From assembly GCA_031366795.1 (NCBI GenBank), contig JANLOX010000272.1:1-13706 (forward strand): a DNA stretch of 13,706 bases, read 5' to 3'. Source of the stretch: Candidatus Eiseniibacteriota bacterium (GTDB lineage Bacteria > Eisenbacteria > RBG-16-71-46). This document shows positions 10,210 to 13,706 of the stretch, piece by piece. The notes under the pieces are model-generated. The model was not told the DNA's origin and made no database searches. It was given only the letters and a program-made list of their open reading frames with translations. How positions within the stretch are numbered: the stretch's first letter is position 1; each line of letters opens with the position of its first letter. The position numbers were made by a program, and so were the translations under genes.

Positions 10210-10794
10210 TTACTTCCGCTTTTCGATGATGTCGTCGACGATTCCGTAGGCCTTCGCCTCGGCGGCGGACATGAAGTTGTTGCGGTCGGTGTCTTTCAGG
10301 ATCTCTTCCAATGTCCGCCCGGTGTGCTTGGCGAGGATGCCGTTGAGGGCGTCACGCATCTTCATCATCTCACGCGTGGCGATCTCGACGTCGGAGTATT
10401 GCCCCTGCGCGCCACCCAGCACCTGGTGGATCATGATGCGGGAGTTCGGCAACACGTAACGCTTGCCCTTCGCACCCGCCGCCAGCAGAACCGCCGCCAT
10501 GCTGGCCGCCTGGCCCATGCACAAGGTTGAGACTGGGCACTTGACGAACTGCATCGTGTCGTAGATCGCCATGCCGGCCGTAACCATCCCGCCAGGGCTA
10601 TGGATGTACAGGTTGATGTCGCGGTCCGGATCCTCGCCCTCGAGGAAGATCATCTGGGCGATCACCAGGTTCGCGACCTGATCGTCGATCGGCGTACCGA
10701 TAAAGATGATCCGGTCCTTCAGCAGCCGCGAGAAAATATCGTACGCGCGCTCGCCGCGGCTCGTCTGCTCGACCACCATGGGAACCAGACCCAT
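10210..10794 (-). CDS. clpP: ATP-dependent Clp protease proteolytic subunit ClpP (Asn at catalytic Asp position)
   Basis: [27 protein letters not shown]98MA, MIH123Q, DRN172NFMSA; AGGAGG SD. Confidence 0.98.
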   Translation of the reverse strand: MGLVPMVVEQTSRGERAYDIFSRLLKDRIIFIGTPIDDQVANLVIAQMIFLEGEDPDRDINLYIHSPGGMVTAGMAIYDTMQFVKCPVSTLCMGQAASMAAVLLAAGAKGKRYVLPNSRIMIHQVLGGAQGQYSDVEIATREMMKMRDALNGILAKHTGRTLEEILKDTDRNNFMSAAEAKAYGIVDDIIEKRK

Positions 10795-10819
10795 TACCCA
10801 TCCTCCTTGAGGCGTTCGC

Positions 10820-12118
10820 CTAGCGACCGGCCGGAACTACAAGCGACGGCTCGGTCACGATCTCTTCCTGGATTTCCGCGGCATTGATGAGCCAGTCGAG
10901 CGCCTTGCGCTCGAGCAGCGATTCCTGCAGTGCACGCCTGCGGTCCTGCGTCTGGTAGCGGGCGCGTACCCGCGCCGCCTGGCGCTGATCGGCGTCCACC
11001 ATTCGCTGGATCTCGGCGTTCACTTCGTCCTCAGTGACTTCGAGATGCTCTTGGCGCGCAACCGATTCCAGCAGAGCCTCGCGCTTGAGCGAGCGCTCGA
11101 CATTGGGACGGAAGCGGCCTTCCAGTTCCTTGAGCAGCGGCGCCGGAACGACCCGGCCCTCCGTTGCTTCCTGTACGACTCGTTCCAGCATGTACTGCAC
11201 CAGGCGCTCCGGGAGCTCGAGCGGATTGCGCTGAACGAGTTCCTCGCCCAACGCCGTCTCGACTTCCCGCTGCACGCGCACCCGCTCCTCCCCTTCGAGG
11301 TTCAACCGGATCCGCGAGCGCAGTTCCTCCAGCGACGGCAGCTGGAACAGCTCCTTGGCGAGGTTATCGTCCAGTGGGCGCAACTTCTTCTCTTGGATTT
11401 TGCGGACCGAGATCACGTAACGCACTGTCGTTCCAGCGAGTTCCGTGCGGTCGAAATCGGCCGGATAGGTCACTGGAATCGTGCGTTCCTGTCCCGGGAG
11501 GCAACCGATCAGCCCATTTTCGAGGTCCTGGATCATTCCTTCGGAGCCCAGCTCGATCCGCTGGTTCTTGGACCGCGACCCCGAAAGCCTGCGCCCTTTG
11601 GCATCCAGCCGGGTCGAATCGAGCAGCACCACGTCCCCACGCTCGGCCGGACGGCTGATGTCCGCGAACACCGCCGACTGTTCGAGCAGGTTGTGGAGCA
11701 CGTGATCCACCCGCGCCTCATCAATGTGCTGGATGCGGCGCGCGGCCTTGAGGCCCTTGTAGCTCTTGGCCTCGACCTCCGGCTTCACGTCCACCACCAC
11801 TTCGAGCTTGAGCGCAGCACCCGGCAGGAACTGCGGGATGCGCACCAGCGGCGGCACCACCGGCGACAACTGCGCCTGGTCGATCGCCTCGTTCACGAGC
11901 TTGGGGATGAAGGATTCCTGGAATTCGGCCTCGACGTGCTCGGCGAACTGCTGCCGCACCATGTCGAGCGGCACCCGCCCCTTGCGGAAGCCCGGCAGGC
12001 TGGCGCGCCGCTGGATCTGGCGGGCCGCCTCGTTCAGGCGCGATTCGACCTCGTCCGCCTCTACTTCGACGTCGAGCTGGTGCTGAAAGGGACCCGTGGA
12101 TTTCGCTTGGAGAATCAT
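10820..12118 (-). CDS. tig: Trigger factor
   Basis: GFRKGRVP ribosome-binding motif, 432 aa, central FKBP-like domain, canonical tig-clpP-clpX-lon synteny. Confidence 0.95.
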   Translation of the reverse strand: MILQAKSTGPFQHQLDVEVEADEVESRLNEAARQIQRRASLPGFRKGRVPLDMVRQQFAEHVEAEFQESFIPKLVNEAIDQAQLSPVVPPLVRIPQFLPGAALKLEVVVDVKPEVEAKSYKGLKAARRIQHIDEARVDHVLHNLLEQSAVFADISRPAERGDVVLLDSTRLDAKGRRLSGSRSKNQRIELGSEGMIQDLENGLIGCLPGQERTIPVTYPADFDRTELAGTTVRYVISVRKIQEKKLRPLDDNLAKELFQLPSLEELRSRIRLNLEGEERVRVQREVETALGEELVQRNPLELPERLVQYMLERVVQEATEGRVVPAPLLKELEGRFRPNVERSLKREALLESVARQEHLEVTEDEVNAEIQRMVDADQRQAARVRARYQTQDRRRALQESLLERKALDWLINAAEIQEEIVTEPSLVVPAGR

Positions 12119-12202
12119 GCGTTAGGACCGTTCGCTTAAGGGTGTCAGGGCGCCGAGGGCGCTGCCAGCAATCAAGATGTGCCCACGCTCAGTGTCACAA
12201 AG

Positions 12203-12231
12203 ACTCTAGGGGGCGGACCCGGAGAACGCAA
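12203..12231 (-). promoter_or_regulatory. Putative sigma70 promoter for tig-clpP-clpX-lon
   Basis: On the - strand: TTGCGT (12231-12226), 17 nt, TAGAGT (12208-12203), about 85 nt upstream of the tig ATG. Confidence 0.4.
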
Positions 12232-12274
12232 CTTTAAGCGTCGCCAAGGGCGGCATCGTCAGCGAGCTAAGTTA

Positions 12275-12327
12275 TGCGAGAGGGGGGATTTGAACCCCCA
12301 CGAGTTTCCCCACTGGAACCTAAATCC
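12275..12327 (-). pseudogene. 3' fragment of tRNA-Leu(UAG); att duplication of an integrative element
   Basis: Reverse complement GGA-TTTAGGT-TCCAG-TGGGGAAACTCGT-GGGGG-TTCAAAT-CCCCC-CTCTCGC-A gives the anticodon loop, long variable arm, T-arm and 3' acceptor strand. The D-arm and 5' acceptor strand are missing. Confidence 0.9.
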
Positions 12328-12332
12328 GAGAA

Positions 12333-12461
12333 CACGGAACGGCATCGATCGCCATCAGGGGCAACGCGATGACCACAACGGACATGACTTCCGCATCGCG
12401 CTCCACCGGTTGCCATCGCACGGCACCATTCCCGTGAATTCGGACACAATCGGGACACAAT
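12333..12461. repeat. Phased short repeats and tandem GGACACAAT direct repeat next to the att core
   Basis: CA-centred motifs at ~10-bp spacing from 12333 to 12424; GGACACAAT at 12442-12450 and 12453-12461. Confidence 0.55.
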
Positions 12462-13052
12462 AGCCGCCCCTGCCGTGCGCTGCGACGGGGCGGTTGGCTG
12501 CGCGCCGCGTCGCTCATCCATCCGTCTTGATCCATCACGCTCATCTTCGGCGCAGCGTCTCGCGCCACGCGCTACTGAAGTCGGCGGACGGGATCCTTAC
12601 AGGCGCGCCGCCGCTCGGGTGACCGGGTGGCGCTACGGCCCCCCTTGATCGCCACCACGTCCCGGTGCCAGCGCCACGGCATCGCCCCAGTCGGCTCTCG
12701 GGGTGTGGATGGCCACCGAGATCCGCGTCTTTCTGGCCTTGTTGTCGCGGCTCACTGCGTGGGACCACGGCAAGTCGTCGAGGGTAGTTGGCCCGAAGGA
12801 AGGACGTGGCGGATCAGGCTCCCATCTTCTCCGAATTTGTGCCAGGCGCGGCGCGCGAGAGCCGCTCGCCCGGGGGGCGGGGGGCGGGCTCCAGGCCCTC
12901 GTGCGAGGCCGCTTGATGGCCGGTGGACTCGGCGTTCGGCTCGTTCCTCTGGAAGGCGACTGGCAAGCCGCTTAATGTCCCGCTTTACCAAGAGTGAGAC
13001 CTCTTCCTTACGCAGTGGGGGGGCGCCGTTTGCGAGCGAATTCCTCGAAAGA

Positions 13053-13080
13053 GAGTCAAGCCCATTCTTAGTTGAAAATA
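13053..13080. mobile_element. Probable downstream terminal inverted repeat of the IS256-family element
   Basis: AT-rich GAGTCAAGCCCATTCTTAGTTGAAAAT about 20-48 nt past the transposase stop. The partner IR lies outside the window, so the exact boundary is inferred. Confidence 0.55.
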
Positions 13081-13100
13081 TCCACGGCTCCATCGTGTGA

Positions 13101-13706
13101 TTACGCGGCCTCTTCCATCCGGTTCTGCTTCTCTTTGATCTTGAGTTCGCTGCGCAGTGCGGTGATCAACTTCGGGAGATGGTGATGCCCCCTGACGCGG
13201 CGCAGTCGCGGCTCGATGTCGAGCAGCGCGGTGGCGAGCCAGCGCTGCCGCTGGTTCGAGTTCTTCCACGCGTCGACTTTCGCGCACCGTTCTTCGATCA
13301 GCGCATTCGCAGACTCGATGCAATTGGTGGTCTTGAACGACACGCCGAGTAACGCGTAGACCCCGAGCCGGTGGAGCGTGAGCGTCTCATCGAGTCCCTC
13401 GGCCAGACTTGCGGCCGCCGACTGATTGCGGCCCTCAAGCTCCCGGTGCAATTTCATCAGCGCCGCCTTGGCCTCCGCATAGCTGGGCCGGTCATAGGCG
13501 TGTTGCAACCGCCGGCGCCAGGTGGCCTGCTCACCCTTCGGCAGGTAGCTCACCACGTTCTCGCGCTTGTGCCACTGGCACCGCTGCACCAAAGCCGTCT
13601 TCTGGAACACCTGCCGCACGGCCGAGCGCAGGCCCTTGCCGCCGTCGATCACCACCAGCAGCCCCTGCGTGATATCGAGGCCGCGCTCGATCAACGATCG
13701 CAGGAA
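13101..13706 (-). CDS. IS256-family (Mutator) DDE transposase, C-terminal ~201 aa (runs off right edge)
   Basis: VVIDGGKGL (second Asp), QRCQWHKRENV (CxxH motif), KTTNCIESAN (Glu), WLATALLDIEPRLRRVRG; frame open to the window edge. Confidence 0.95.
   Translation of the reverse strand, partial: FLRSLIERGLDITQGLLVVIDGGKGLRSAVRQVFQKTALVQRCQWHKRENVVSYLPKGEQATWRRRLQHAYDRPSYAEAKAALMKLHRELEGRNQSAAASLAEGLDETLTLHRLGVYALLGVSFKTTNCIESANALIEERCAKVDAWKNSNQRQRWLATALLDIEPRLRRVRGHHHLPKLITALRSELKIKEKQNRMEEAA

Larger units (their letters stand above)
12328..13706. mobile_element. End of a genomic island or prophage integrated at tRNA-Leu (continues off right edge)
   Basis: Bounded by the tRNA 3' fragment; contains att-arm-like repeats, little convincing coding sequence and an IS256 element. 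Confidence 0.7.

Noticed and set aside
12275..12360. Intact or intron-split tRNA-Leu
   Set aside because: No D-arm or 5' acceptor strand in the window. The anticodon loop is uninterrupted and UAG, unlike group I intron-containing Leu(UAA) genes.
12333..12461. CRISPR array
   Set aside because: Repeats are 4-9 bp with ~10-bp period, not repeat-spacer units; no cas genes.

Overview
High-GC bacterial window; the HNH family suggests Ca. Eisenbacteria or Myxococcota, tentatively and from memory. The backbone is a minus-strand housekeeping block: tig-clpP-clpX-lon, a class V aminotransferase coupled to a short serA-like dehydrogenase, and the 5' part of purA. Three accessory pieces interrupt it. 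(i) A DUF1801 gene sits convergent with a 464-aa DUF222-like/HNH endonuclease gene, which has a multi-stem inverted-repeat element downstream (1660-1745) and a palindrome-rich 490-bp upstream region. (ii) A 73-aa orphan ORF resembles the small partners of nucleotidyltransferase genes. (iii) A 53-nt 3' fragment of tRNA-Leu(UAG) upstream of tig marks the att junction of an integrated element. The element extends past the right edge and carries helically phased repeats and an IS256 transposase. Protein oddities: ClpP has Asn at the catalytic Asp172 position, trigger factor has a degenerate PPIase pocket, and Lon has a Lys/Ala/Pro-rich N-terminal extension. No database searches or folding programs were run; all calls come from motif recognition by eye.
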